44,643 bases of DNA, from the NCBI GenBank assembly GCA_040357565.1, contig JBDODJ010000086.1. The stretch is one strand, 5' to 3'. The translations under genes and the position numbers were made by a program. Positions 25,024-38,176 of this stretch are shown one piece after another (the first letter of the stretch is position 1; each line of letters starts with the position of its first letter). This DNA comes from Cercozoa sp. M6MM (lineage: Eukaryota; Protista; Endomyxa: Ascetosporea). The notes beneath the pieces are model-generated. The model had not been told where the DNA came from and ran no database searches. It saw nothing but the letters and a program-made list of their open reading frames with translations.

Positions 25024-27466
25024 ACACACACACACACACACACACAGATGCCAAAAGATGTAGCGCACCGTCCTCGACCGATAGCTTGCGCCTCTTGAGC
25101 GCGGATCTGCTCTCGTCTGTACACAGTGCCCATAGAGTACACAACACAACCCTGAATAATATACGCGGGAAACAGGGACATACGAGGCATCCATGGCGTC
25201 CATGAGAATGATGTGTGTCGACTGGAACAAGTTCGTGCCACTCGCCGAAGACTCGAGTGACATTAGCATGACACGTGCTAGGCCCGCGTTGGCCTGTCCA
25301 GACAAACACGCGTACATCAGTGCAGATGTAATCCACACCAACAAGGGGTACCGAGTCGCCGGGAACGAACTCCTGACTGAAGGCACGCAACGCCTTGCTA
25401 CGGGTGTGCACTAAACACACAGACACACACATAGACACACAGACACGCGCAGTCTCGTACACTAACACTTTAGGGAAAACAAAGATTACCGTTGCCTCGC
25501 ACAGTTACGGTGCGGATGCCGAAATGCTCCAGTAACTTGTTCATCGACAACAAGATGCGTGTCTGGGACGAGAACACGATCACCTGCACACAGAGACACA
25601 CATGCACACAAGAGCAAACACAACAGGAATCATAAAACAAAGCTACGCGATTGGCCGGGTCGCTCATGAGTTGATTGATCACACGCAGTACGTAGGCGAA
25701 CTTGGAACCCCAGCTGTGAGCAGTACAGTTGTTTCAAGCTACAACGTGACCCAAAGCACAAACACATAAAGATACAGTTCGCGTATCGATGACCAGCAGT
25801 GCGGATCCTCCAAGTTGGACCCAATAGTTTCCTACGTGGACAGTTGGTACCGCCGTGCACGTATGCAAAGATACGAGGTACCAAACTGAGGTCGTCCGTG
25901 TTTTGGTTTTCACATTGCACGGCTTGCAATGTCTCGAGTCGCTTCTCGCTGTCCACACAGACCCATGAGGTACCTCAAATGTCAAGGCAACTCGAGCATG
26001 AGCGTTACTTTTCCTTGATCGCCTTGCGGTACTCCGGCACGGTACACAGCTCCCTCTGTAAAAACAAGAGAGTAAACAAGAGAGTAAACAAACAGCACAC
26101 ACAGAGTATATTTTAGGCACAGCGAAGAATTCGCGGTAGTGTAGCAGCGTAGCTTCGTCCACCTTCGATAGCTCGGCTACAGTCACACACCCACCCACCA
26201 AATAACCTTTCTTCGCATGTAGGAAACACAGTCTCTTACACGTCTTTTTTCGCTTCTCGAGCACCGCGATGCGACGACGGTGGCGCATCAGCTCCTCCTT
26301 GCTTCGCTTGATCACGTTGGGCTGTATTTTGACATAACAACTGGATGAGGTGGAAGGCAGAACAGGACAAGGGCGCAGACACACCAAGCAGCGTCGCATC
26401 GAGTGCACGGTGTCTCGGAGACCAACGATGCGCTGATTCTGCACACCAAGAGAGAGAAATATATATACACACACACATATACCCTGACGTACCAGCACGG
26501 TTGACACAGGGACGGCTCGTAGAAACAGACGGTCCAAACGATCCTGTAACAGATACACACACACGCATCCTCGCAGAAAGAGGACCGAGAGGGGAGCGAA
26601 AAAAGAGAGAACCCGCGCGATCATGCGAATCTGGTTGAAGATGTAATCGTCGTTGAGCGTGTACTCGTTCAGCAGGGCTGAGAATGACAGATGTGTTTGT
26701 GCGAGAGACAAAGGAGGAAAGTCTGCATACACGCGGAACAGCAGAGACGCAGCTTGCTGCTCTTTCTGCTCACACAATGTATCCGTGTATACATATCTGT
26801 ATACATATAACCCAATACTTACCTGTATATATATACATGCTATATGTATGTATGATATGCTCTACCCGTCCATATATATATATATATATATATATCTGTA
26901 TATATACATGCTATATATATATATATAGATATGCTCTACCCGTCCATGGTGTCGTGCAGTGCCTGTTCCTGCGCCGACAGGTCCACGCGGACAACCTGCG
27001 CACAGAAAAGGTGCATTTTGACTCTTGAGACAAGAGCAGAGTGTGACACCTGTTCCTGCGTCTCGGGGATGTCGCTCTCATGACCGATCGAACCGGAAGT
27101 GTTGCGTCGCATCAGATGTCGGGCTGCAGACACACGTGCACATTCCTCGAGAACACTGCTACTACGCAAGGGGTGAGTTACCGAACAGGCGTGACACGAA
27201 GATGCGCAGCGGCGACTTCTGCAGCGACGAGGCATACCGGCGGTAGCTGTCGTGGTAGGACTCCTTGAAGATGTGCTTGTTGCAGATCGACCAGGGCGAC
27301 CACTGCGACCACAAAATAGACTCACTTATCAGCAGCTCCATACTGGCAGAGGATGCTATACCGGCTGCTCGGAGCGCAGGCCGCGACGACGGTAGCCAGT
27401 GTCCTCGTGCTCCAGTGAAGTCGGGAAGGGTGACCACCACTCGTGCAATGGCCGGCCGTGTAATCT

Positions 27467-27524
<58 letters not shown>

Positions 27525-30500
27525 ACACACACACACACACACAGTTATACCTACAGTACAGCAGTGAGACAGAGACAGGGAGATACCTGACATCGAGGAA
27601 CTCGAGGTAGCGTCGCCATAAATGCGTCTCCTTCGTGGGCACTGGTGTGGCCGACAGGATCCTGAGTGTGTGTGCATGTGTGCTAGTCTCAGAGTGCTAG
27701 TCTCAGAGTGCTAGTCTCAGAGTGCTNNNNNNNNNNGTGCTAGTCTCAGAGTGCTAGTCTCAGAGTGCTAGTCTCAGAGTGCTAGTCTCAGAGTACAGAC
27801 AACACAGGTGAGGTAAGTACCAGCGGTACGTGCTTCCGTACTGACAGACACGACGACAAGTGACGTACCTGCAAGGTGTGTGTTAACACACAGGAATCGA
27901 TGCAGCCAGAATGGAGTGTGCGGTACAGGTGCGCCTTGTTGTCAGACTTATTGACACTCAGTGGCTACAAGGCACTCTTGGACACCGATATTTTACAATA
28001 CATGCAGCAGGGTGGCACCATGTTAAAGACCTCGTGACCCTCGTCGACCACGATGCGGTGCCAGTGGAAAAGACTCAGACCGGGTCCCTTCTTTCGCAGG
28101 AAACTGTCCACGACTGACGAGGCCGACTGCTCCGTCACTACGGGAAAAAGGATAAAGGACAGGGGGGGGGGGGCCCCACAACTCAGATTACCGGGTGACT
28201 CGCGCGTAGGCTCAACCTCGTAGTCACCGACTGCATGCACGAGGTAACTAGAGAATAGACACACCGCAGAGAAAGACAGTGCTACAGGTCTTGCGGTAGT
28301 ACAGACCGCCCAAGAAGTTGGTCGTCACAATTACCACCTCTGCATCGATCATGTCTTGTGCTGAGTACTTCTGCCCTCACAAAAGTACACTTCTTGGGGG
28401 GGGGGCTAAGGGAGGGTAAAACTAGGGTTAACGCACCATGTGCTGCGGCTTGGTGCTGATGACGATGATGCGCGACTTGTGCAGCGGAATATGTTTCTGC
28501 AGCTCGTTTTGCCACTGCACAACCAAGAGTAAGACAAGAATATACATGGGTTAGGGCATTGAGGTTGTACCTGTGCCGCCAGGTGGTTCGGCACAACGAC
28601 AAGGGTGGCGCAGGACTTCACCTTGCCCTTTTGCAGAACGACACGGTGCACGTTGGCCGGTTCGCCTGCCCACGTGTTGACTGGCATGCCGCACATTAAT
28701 GAAAGGCACAGAAACACACCGGTACGCACGCTGTGGGTGCGTCGCTTCTTGTTGGCGACCTTGGCGCGCTGCTTGACTGGCAGTTTCGCCTGTGCATACA
28801 TGCACGTACTCGAACCAACTGGCCCTATACACCAGTGTACCCGGTTGGCCATGATGAGTGCTCCCACTGACAGTGTCTTGCCGAGACCGACACTATACAG
28901 GACAAGCAAATGTATACTACAGGTAAGGGGGCAATCAGACAACTCACTCGTCGCACAGGAGACCGCCCTTGAACGTCATCACAGGGCCACGTCGAATGTT
29001 CTTGCGCATCGCTTTCACCTCTTTCGCCGACGGTCGTATGAAGACGTAGTCCGTGACTGGACAAGTGATGAATGGACAGGCGACCTGCGACAACACATTA
29101 ATCGACACACCAACTAGAAAAGAGGAAGGGGAAGGGGGTGCACTTTTGACTAAGCAAACCCACAGTCTCTGCGGCGCGATCGTTTGCGAAATCGTAGCTG
29201 CGCACACAACACCCTAGTAACCAACACCTTTGGTCACGCAGACAGCGAAACGCACCGTCGCACAGTGCCACGATGCTGCCATTCGGCAAAAGCCGTACCC
29301 ACCGCCAGTCCTGTGGCAATCGTCTTTTTAAAAAACTACAATTGCAGCATACAGCAAAAGGGAAAATGCCAAACTGATCGTCAGACAGCTTCAAGTTCTC
29401 CGGGTCGCCGATCGCCATGGACTCCACGTGTTGCCTATAGTGTTTAGTTAGTACAGATAACGCGCGCACGCGTGTGTGTGCGTGTGTGAGGGTACATGAA
29501 CAGAACGTTGTCGCGCTGGTAGGCGTACAGATCCGTACTGGGCCGCAGTTTGAGGTCGAGTTTGTCACGCGTGGCTTGGAACATGCGGTCCAGCTCGGGC
29601 TGCAAGCACCAGGGAATACTACACCGTGCAAAAGCTTGAGAAAAAAGTACACGCTGAGGTATGCGCCAACGCTCCTCGGTCAAGCGATGTCTATATAGCA
29701 AACACACTTGTGGTCGAGTACAGCGTTCAGGAATAGAGGTACGCAGGCGACATGTGCCGCGTCAGAACACTGTCCATATTTGGCAGGGCGTCCTTGGTGC
29801 GATCGGCGTTGTCGAAGAGACTCCTATACGCGGCGCATAATAAAGTTCACACAGCGAATCGGGGACAAAAGGTACCACTCAGACGAGGTCATTCGACTGA
29901 GCCAAATCAAGCCTCGCAGACCGGGAATCTTCACGCCCTTCAACAGGTCCATTCTGCACAGACACAGAGCACGTGCCTCCTTTGCTGAGATTAAAGAACA
30001 AGGGTTCGCGTACTGCCACTTGCGGCGCGGACCTAATTGTCGCATTGCGTATGAGTACGAGTAGCCACTGCTCAGAGACACCAACATGCCACCTGTGTCC
30101 TTGTACCGTGCAGGGAAAAAGTACCCTTCAACTCGCTTCTTCTTGTAGTAGGCTACAACACATGCATTCACGTTATACCACATAAACACACAGACACACA
30201 GACACACATGCCAAGGTAGGTACCGGGGATCGGAATCGAATCCAGGGTTTCATCACTTACGGAGACGAACGACTTGGGCAGCCCTCGAGAGAAATGTGCA
30301 GTCGGCACTTTCGGCAGTGGCACTGTCTGTGCCACAAACACACACATATATACATACACACATACATACAAACGATGCTGTTCTGTTATTGCTGTTGTTT
30401 CTGCATGGCCAGTTGTTGATTGCTCAGTGGACTGACCTCGAACGGGACGGCGTTCTTGGCGGACTTGCGGTGACTGTTAAACAAGGCTTCCTCGGTGGCC

Positions 30501-32055
30501 CAAACTGTTCCCTTCGCCAGCTCGTGGAGAGCCTTCAGTCCGGCCACCTGTACACTCTCACATTAGCACACGCACGCAGTCAGTTAGTTCAAACACTAGT
30601 ACATGCGACTCGAAGCTGTAGCGAGCAAGCCGACGTTCCAGCTCGGTCACATCCATCACGACTACACACACACAGACACACATACATACATCATACATAC
30701 ACCATACACACACACATACACACACATAGACACATACACACACACAGACACATCCAACTAACTGAACTAAAACGAGACAGCTCTTAACACAACACACCTG
30801 TGAAATACTTCTTCGTGCGCGGTCGGTACTTGCGCATCTTGCCACGAGAGTCCTGCATCTCGACAATGGCTACACCACACGCACAGGAGATAACTGCTCG
30901 GCAAAATAGGAAAGCTGGCGACTTCGATACCGTCGCCAAAGCGTGCGTATGACGCGATCACACCCTGAACACTCAAGTCGAAAACGAAAACAACGCAGGT
31001 CAAGTAAAGTGAGTACGACAATGTCGTCAGGAACGTCCTTGGGAGCACCGTCCTGAATGATCTCTTGCAGCAGGTCGGTCTCATGGATCTACTCCCCAAC
31101 AAACAGTTCTAAGAGTACACACACTGCACAAACACACTGCACAAACACTGCACAAACACTGCACAAACACACTGCACAACAACCGAAAAAGACCTCAGCA
31201 ACGCGGAACATCGGATCTGTCGTGATTCCGTACGTTCTGGCGACACAAATAAAAGTGAACGACTGCAAAAACAAAAACAAAAAGAGCATACCTCAGATTC
31301 ACATGTGGCACAGGAACGTCCTCGAGCAAGACCACCCTGAGACACAAACAGCCACAGCATAAACACATGAAAGTCGACAGAAACTTGCTTACCAGTAATG
31401 AGAAGCGAGCTCTTTCGTTGCTTCGTTGAGTTCATCTTCGCTCGCTTCGTCCGATGACTCCAACGGTTCGAACTGGCCTGCGAGAAAAGCACAACAATCC
31501 GGCAAGTTCGCAGAAACAAAGCCGACGTACCAGGTTGGAAACGCAGCTCGCGTTGCGCAAGTGTGCGTCCACTTCGCAGCACCTTGCTCAAACTAACGCG
31601 CGTTCCTTCAAACGTCTGAGCCGGCTGTTCCAAGCTGTAACACGAAATAATACGGTCAATTGAAAGCAAGCAAAAAGTAGAAGCCCTACTGATCGAACAG
31701 TAGTCGGCGCTGCAGATGCACAAAGTTCGCTGTGCACTTCAGCGGCGATGTAGCGTACATGCGCAGATACTCGGGCCGTTTTTCGGTCGACTTCGGTTCC
31801 TACATCGGTACACAAACACACATGCGAGTTGAGATGAAACATGCAACACACAGGGAGACCAAAACTGACCTTCTCGTTCTGGACCTGCCTGCGTAGTCGA
31901 GTGACCTTTTCGTGATGCGGGTCTGGATGAGTGATCGCAAGCGTTCCCGCGTCGTCCTCGCCGTCCGACCACTAAGATTGGTTCCACGTAAACAAGAACA
32001 ACAACACACACACGCACATCTATATACATATATGTATAAATATATACATATATAT

Positions 32056-32116
<61 letters not shown>

Positions 32117-33131
32117 AAATACAATCTGTTCAGCACTGGCGTCAAGGTAGCGCTGCACACGACGCGCAGAAACGGGATTCTGCGGTTTGCCGTTGTGCTT
32201 CTTGGCGTGGTTCACAAGTCGCGCCACCAGGTCGGCCTTCTTGCCTGCACACAGACGCTAACCTGTACAAAGTCTCAGCGCACATGATCATCAAACGCAC
32301 CCTGCGAGTTAACGCCACGCGAGCGTGCAACGTCCCGCAGCTCTGGCAGCAGCATCTTCCGCCAGTGCGACGGGTCGGTCTCTGAGTCGTCCTGCGTGCT
32401 GAAGGATGCCAAGAAATCTGACCGAGCAAGAGTGCAACATCACCATTGCGACAAAAAACACCACTCTAAAAGCAACCGTACCTTCCTGTGCTTTTTGCTT
32501 CTTTATCTTTTCTAAGAGTTGCTGCTTTCGATGCGGCGCGGAGTACTCGAAACCTCGCGCGCGCATCTGCTGTTCGAGTGATCTCTCAAACTTATCGATT
32601 TCGGCCAATTGATTCGCGAGTAGGCCGTTCTGCAGTGCGGTGCATGCTCCCATTGATTTTCATTGAGAAACGAAGAGCAGAGACAAAAAACAACTCCAAA
32701 TACCTCGTCTGCCGTTTCCTGAGCGAGCATCGATCGTCCTGCACGAACGATTTCCAGGTCGTCAGCATCCAGGTCGTCTGCCTCCACTTCCTCCGGGTTC
32801 ACATCGTCTGCGTCGCTCAAACAACAAAAACTCCAAATACCAAGACTCTGTCCTGAAACCAAACAAAGCAATGTACCACCGTAATCCACCACGAACTCTT
32901 CTTCATCTTCGTAACGGCGACGTGATCGTTTCTTCGTCGCTGAGGAATACGACAGAAAATGCAAAAGCTCGAGAAAAAAGTGAAGCCACTACCAGCACGT
33001 GCTCGGGTGGTAACTTCGCTCAAATGAGATTCGTCTTCATCTTCCGCGCTTGATTCTCCGGTCTCAGTTTCGACGTTTGTCTCCACCATGTCATCATCGG
33101 AGAGCAAAGAAATGATGTCCTCGTCAATCAT
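24241..33131 (-). CDS. SNF2-family ATPase, Rad5/Rad16-like group, with long N-terminal extension (5' part may be a separate gene)
   Basis: LYAYQR; GGLLCDDVGLGKT; ATLVVVPNHLAAQW; WHRIVVDEGHE; RWILSATP; WGSKF...VIVFS; VMLMSLESSASGTNL..THIILMD; EAQAIGR; VVRFVCNKSAEE. Confidence 0.85.
27679..27793. repeat. 14-nt minisatellite (GTGCTAGTCTCAGA)n in an intron, with a gap
   Basis: Directly visible, at least 7 copies. Confidence 0.9.
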
Positions 33132-33767
33132 GACGAAAGAGCCCGTGCTTGCTTGCCGCGATGCTGTGCAAATAGAAAATGAGCACCGAAAAGTGCAGCA
33201 ACGCATCGTATCAAATGCATCAAAAGTCAGCAAAAGCCCCACTGCTTTCTCGCGTATACACGAGGTAGCTCAAAAAATAACTGTTAGAGCGACGGTTTCA
33301 AACAAATAAATATGCGGAACCGAGACCGCTCGCCAAATCTTAATTGAAAAAGAGTGGTGAAACGCTGAGATCTGCCATCAGGGGACAACGTTGTCCGCTC
33401 CACTGGCACGCCTCTCAAAAACCAAAATCACTGAATAATGATTATACGGCGCGACATTGGCGCCCTGATTCTCTCTCAAGACCCGAATTTAACAACTAAT
33501 GTGAGTCAAAACAAACGGGTTCAGCAGAGCCCCCTCTTTGTGCTCTGTTCTTTGTGCTTGCTGTGTTTTAATTTTCCAAACCAGCGCTCAGTTTTAAAAC
33601 GGACAAGAAGTCAATCAAAGTGCTTTCTGAGTATTTAAGCAGTCCATAAGTGTACCGATACCTCTACATAACTGTGAAAGGCTTCAGACCGAGAACTCCG
33701 AACCGCAGTCGGATCTCGAGAACAGATCAATCTCGAGCGAGGAACTTGTATTTAGTTATGGTCGGGT

Positions 33768-36700
33768 ATGCTGAGACTAGCACTCGCGCTGCTGTGGCCG
33801 GCTTGCCTAGCTACCCAGTCACGACTGTTCGATGTGTTTGCTTCGCAGAGTGCTGAGGAATTGTGCCACGATGCGGTGCTCTGCGTGAGCAACGTCACCG
33901 TGAATGACACTGCATTTAGCGTGCAGGAGGCCCTGCTGCAGGGCAACTTTGATTTCACGGGTTTCAGTGGGCGCGGGTCAGTCGCTGCGCTCGGTGAGAC
34001 CAACGTGACCGATGCGGTGGCACCAGCAGAGCGCTGCCTGCCCGTGACACGTGCCTGTATGTCGACTGCGACTGAGGCACTGCCCGCAAGCGTCACAAGC
34101 AACCACAGCTTGGGTCTGCAACTGCGTATGGGCTCGTTGCCGGTGGCAGTGACGCTGACTGCCGCTCAGGTGGAGCTCGGTTTGCGTCCGACTTTTGCAC
34201 TGATCGCGCGTACCGAGAATGGCACGTCATTCGCCGAATTGAGCAGTCTGGACAGAGTTAACTTTACGGGCACTTTGGGAACGCTCACTGTGCAGGTGCA
34301 GGTGCACTTGGCCTTGCTGTTGGTGGACGTGTCGCCATGTCTAGCTCTGGACCACCCGAGTGTGCAAAGTGCGTCTGCTGGTACTGTCATCGGCATGTTC
34401 ACTGTCACGTGTACCGACACCAGGTGTGTTTCTTGCGCCCAATAAACCCATTTGTTTAGCAGATACTATCCCTTGTACAGTGAGACACGAGCTGCAGCGT
34501 GTCGCAGTGGACTCTTCGTGGCACTCAGTTCGCTCGACTCGGGCACTCCGGCCATCGCGTGCGACTTCAACGCCGACTCGGTGCTGCAGGCACTGCCTAA
34601 TCCTGTATGCTGACCTGTATACAATTAAGTATGTGACGATGCGACGTTTTTTCGAACCTTGTGTAAAGTGCGGTAGTGCCAATACACTCGAAATTGTCGA
34701 CACGCAACAGATGCTCATCCGACGTCGTTTTATCGAGCGATGCGGTACTTTCCGTGTCTACATGGATGTTGCTACTGTACTCCCCCCCCCCCCCCCAATT
34801 CTTTCCAGCCTGTGCCAACAACATGGCCGGTCGACTATGTCGCTGTCCACTGGCTGACTCGGTCGAGACGCAGCAGCAGATTCAAGGGGACCCTCGTGTC
34901 AACACGAGTGTGTTTGTAAGCGACACTAGTCTGGTCGGCGGACTTTCCTTCCGCTCAGCCGGCGCCCAGTACGCCGTAGGTTTGTGCTTCGCCAGGTCAC
35001 TTTCGTCCAGTTGTCTAACTGTCGTGTTTCCCTTAGTGCACGGCCAATGCCTCGTTGACTCAAGTCTTTGACTGTCCAACAAACACGTGGCTCCCGAGTG
35101 ACTTGACTCCGGCCTGTCCATGCGACTGTGTCACTGTACCTTCCTTGTCTCACCCAACTGTACCCAACTCAAGTGGTGCCCTTGTTTCAAGCAGGCAGGC
35201 ACACTGAGCAGTGTGTGTAACAGCACCGGTCACTGTCAGTGCAGCGATATTGCCTTTGGTGATAGGTATACATACCTCCTGAAGATACGTCACATTATGG
35301 ACTGTACCTGCCCGCCCCCTAGGTGTCAGTACCGCCGATGCGACACACCAAGTTTCCTGACCAAGGACCCTCGACACGGCATGACACCGTCGATGGAGAA
35401 TGCGACCTTTCTGACAGTGCCCTGTGCGCGCAACTCTCCCGTCTCTGTGACTGCGTCGTGTCCACTGACGCCTCTGCTTGCTTTCGCCGGGGCACCTAAC
35501 GTCTCCTTTGGCGGTTTGCAACCTGTAGCGGGCGCTCCGGCCTGGATCGACGTCGATCGTGCGTATCTTGCTCTCTCGTTATCAGTGGACCTACTCTTTT
35601 TTATATACTCTCGACACATACACAGACAGGGCAGGTGTACCTGCAACTGCGACGATAGCGGGGCGTTCGACAACAACTGCAACGACACCATGGTAGCTCC
35701 TCCCCCTTCTCCCGTGAAGGTTACCTGTGTCTTGATACCACAGGGTGCCTGTCGGTGTCGTGCCGGCTTTGTCGGACTCGCGTGCGATATACCTCAGTGC
35801 GACCCGCTCAACACGACCTCGTGCGGTACTGACGGCACCTGCGACGCCTCCAGTGTACCTTACACCAGCCATATACTTTGGCACTTTTCCCCCCCCCCCC
35901 CCTCCCCTCTCCCATCAGCGAGTGTGTCGGTGCGACCGCGCGGGCTTTCGGTTTCCGTTCTGCGGTGCCGATCCGTCCGAGTCGCGTGTCGAATGTCTCG
36001 ACGGTTTCTACAAGACCACAGGTACTCGTAGACTTGCTGCCATCCCCGAGGCAGGTCATATAGCCCCAAACTCTCTGTTGTGGTGTTTGTGCAGTACCTC
36101 CAGACAGTAACACGACGTGCGCACCGTGCGAGTGCCGCCAATCGACGTCAACGTCGCTGATTTGTGCCGTGTCGGGAGGCCAGTGTCCCTGTGTAGCCGG
36201 TTTTACAGGTACACACCCCTGGATTCACACAGACTTGTTCAAGTGACGGTACTGATGAGGTACTGGGGAGGGGTGTAGGACGCCAGTGCAACGTGGAACT
36301 GACCGGGTGTCCCACGGTCAACATGGCACCCTGTAATAATGCCGGTACATGTGTGACACTGCCCAACAATGTCGCCAGTCTCGTCAACGACACACAGCAG
36401 CAGACAGGCGTATTCGTGTGTGACTGTACCGGCGGACGGCGTGGACCTGACTGTACAGTGTCGCCTAGTGACTGCTTCGGCCGCTCTCTCGGTGACAGCT
36501 GTAGCACCGACGATCAGGAGCAAGGCGGTGTGTGTCTCGGACTGCAAGTGTGCGCACTGGCACCAAGGGACGCACTGGTCTCAATGACTGTCACCTTCAA
36601 CACCGACCTGGGCGGCATCTCCGGTTTGTGTTGCCCTTTCATGTATCATCTGTGTCCTATTGAGTCCGTTTGTACAGGTGTCTCAGTGGACGTGTTGCTG

Positions 36701-37666
36701 CAACAAGTTGCATTGATTTTGGCCTCTTCAGTCGGCGGCACCTGGCTTCATATACGGTAAAATTGAGTCAAGATCCAGTATGGTTAATTCGTGAGGCGAG
36801 GTAAAGTAAAGGAGGTTCTGCAGAGAGACCACGGACGAGTTCCTGGCTGACAACGAAGCCGTCGCGGCTGTCAACTCGGCTGCCAGTGCCGACGCGTCGA
36901 GCGGCGTCTTTACACTGCTCATGTCCTTCCTCGTAGTGCCCAGTAGGCCCTGTCTTAGCATAACGATACTCTCTTGACCCTTCCCTCTCCTGTTCTCTCA
37001 GCAAGTGATACGACAGCACAAGCACTGGTGGACGACCTCGAACGCCAGCGCAACGACGCTTCTTCCTCACTGCGAACGCAGCTCTCTGTGCGACAGTGGG
37101 TACTGCTTTCTTCACCCTCCCGGTGCTCCGCGCTTATGCTACACCTTTGGTGCAGTCAATACTTCAAACCAACGAGGAACAGATCGTTCCACGCACATCG
37201 AATCCACTCGGTGCAGCCTGTTGTGTTTCTTTACTCAAACTGCCGTATCCTATGGTCCTTTAGCACCCGACCCGAGGCACGATGATGGCGTTCCTGTCGC
37301 GATCTACGTTGGCTGCACGCTGCTGCTACTGTACATTGTCTGAAACACACTACCTTCTCTAAGCTACTGCTTTGGACAGCTTATGTCTCTAGGTGGATTT
37401 TCTGCTGCATCGCCGTTGTTCTGTGGCTGCACTTCGCTGACTTTGTGTGTTTCTTTCCAATTCAGATGTACAGCCTATTTACCGGCTCATCCAATGACTC
37501 AATCCGCACTCTCATGTGGTGCAGGACAAGATCGCAACCCAAGTGGCCGAAAGCGACCGCGAGCGACGTCGCCAGCTGCGTGCACAGGCCGCCAACGAAT
37601 CGCGAGAAGAATCGTAGCTTGTCTTGTAGCGCGCAGTCCGCGGTTCTAGTAAAGTCAGTCGCGTGA
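33768..37666 (+). CDS. Large secreted or cell-surface protein with laminin-type EGF and EGF domains; 3' end uncertain
   Basis: Signal MLRLALALLWPACLA; many N-x-S/T sequons; CPCD..GTLSSVCNSTGHCQC..GDRC; CNCDDSGAFDNNC..GACRCRAGFVGLAC; PCNNAGTC...CDCTGGRRGPDC; hydrophobic segment near 37290-37460. Confidence 0.75.
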
Positions 37667-38176
37667 CTCGCGTTATCGTTGATTTCGAGCCTATTGCTAG
37701 TATAATTCACATGGAAGCATACGATATCGCTATTTGCTGCCCTGCCCGATCAAGCCTGACCAGAGCACACGAAAATGTGGACAGAACAGAACTGAACTGA
37801 CAAGCCAACTTGATTTAATTGTGACTTGAAAGGTGCATGTAAACTTAGCCAACAAAGCGTGCCAAACCGATTCCGGAGCTGAAGCTGAAATTGCTTGTTT
37901 ATCGGTGAACCTGGTTATCGGTATAATACAATATCGGTTTCGCAGTGTTGATACACGTTGCAAAATAAATATACGAACACACCTGGCAATCCTGACACGG
38001 AAGATGTCCGTATCGATACTGTCTCCCCGCGGAAGTCAGGACGGACAGGCGGGGTTGCAAGCTTGCAAAGCAGCCTCTCTCACCACACTTTCTGTTGTGA
38101 TTTCATCACACTACCGTTCTCTCTTTTGAGTTATTCTTGCTCGCGTCCACACGCTTGACTCCTTTCACTTGCTGTG

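Noticed and set aside
24211-27677. ORFs with (HT)n, (CV)n or (YI)n tracts
   Set aside because: Translations of intronic CA/TG/TA microsatellites
27679-27793. Repeat array as CRISPR
   Set aside because: Head-to-tail units with no spacers, in a eukaryotic intron, with no cas genes
34590-34630. Second GC donor (CAG|gcactg) in the EGF gene
   Set aside because: A canonical in-frame CCT|gtatgc donor 15 nt downstream explains the frame; likewise a GT donor is available near 30220
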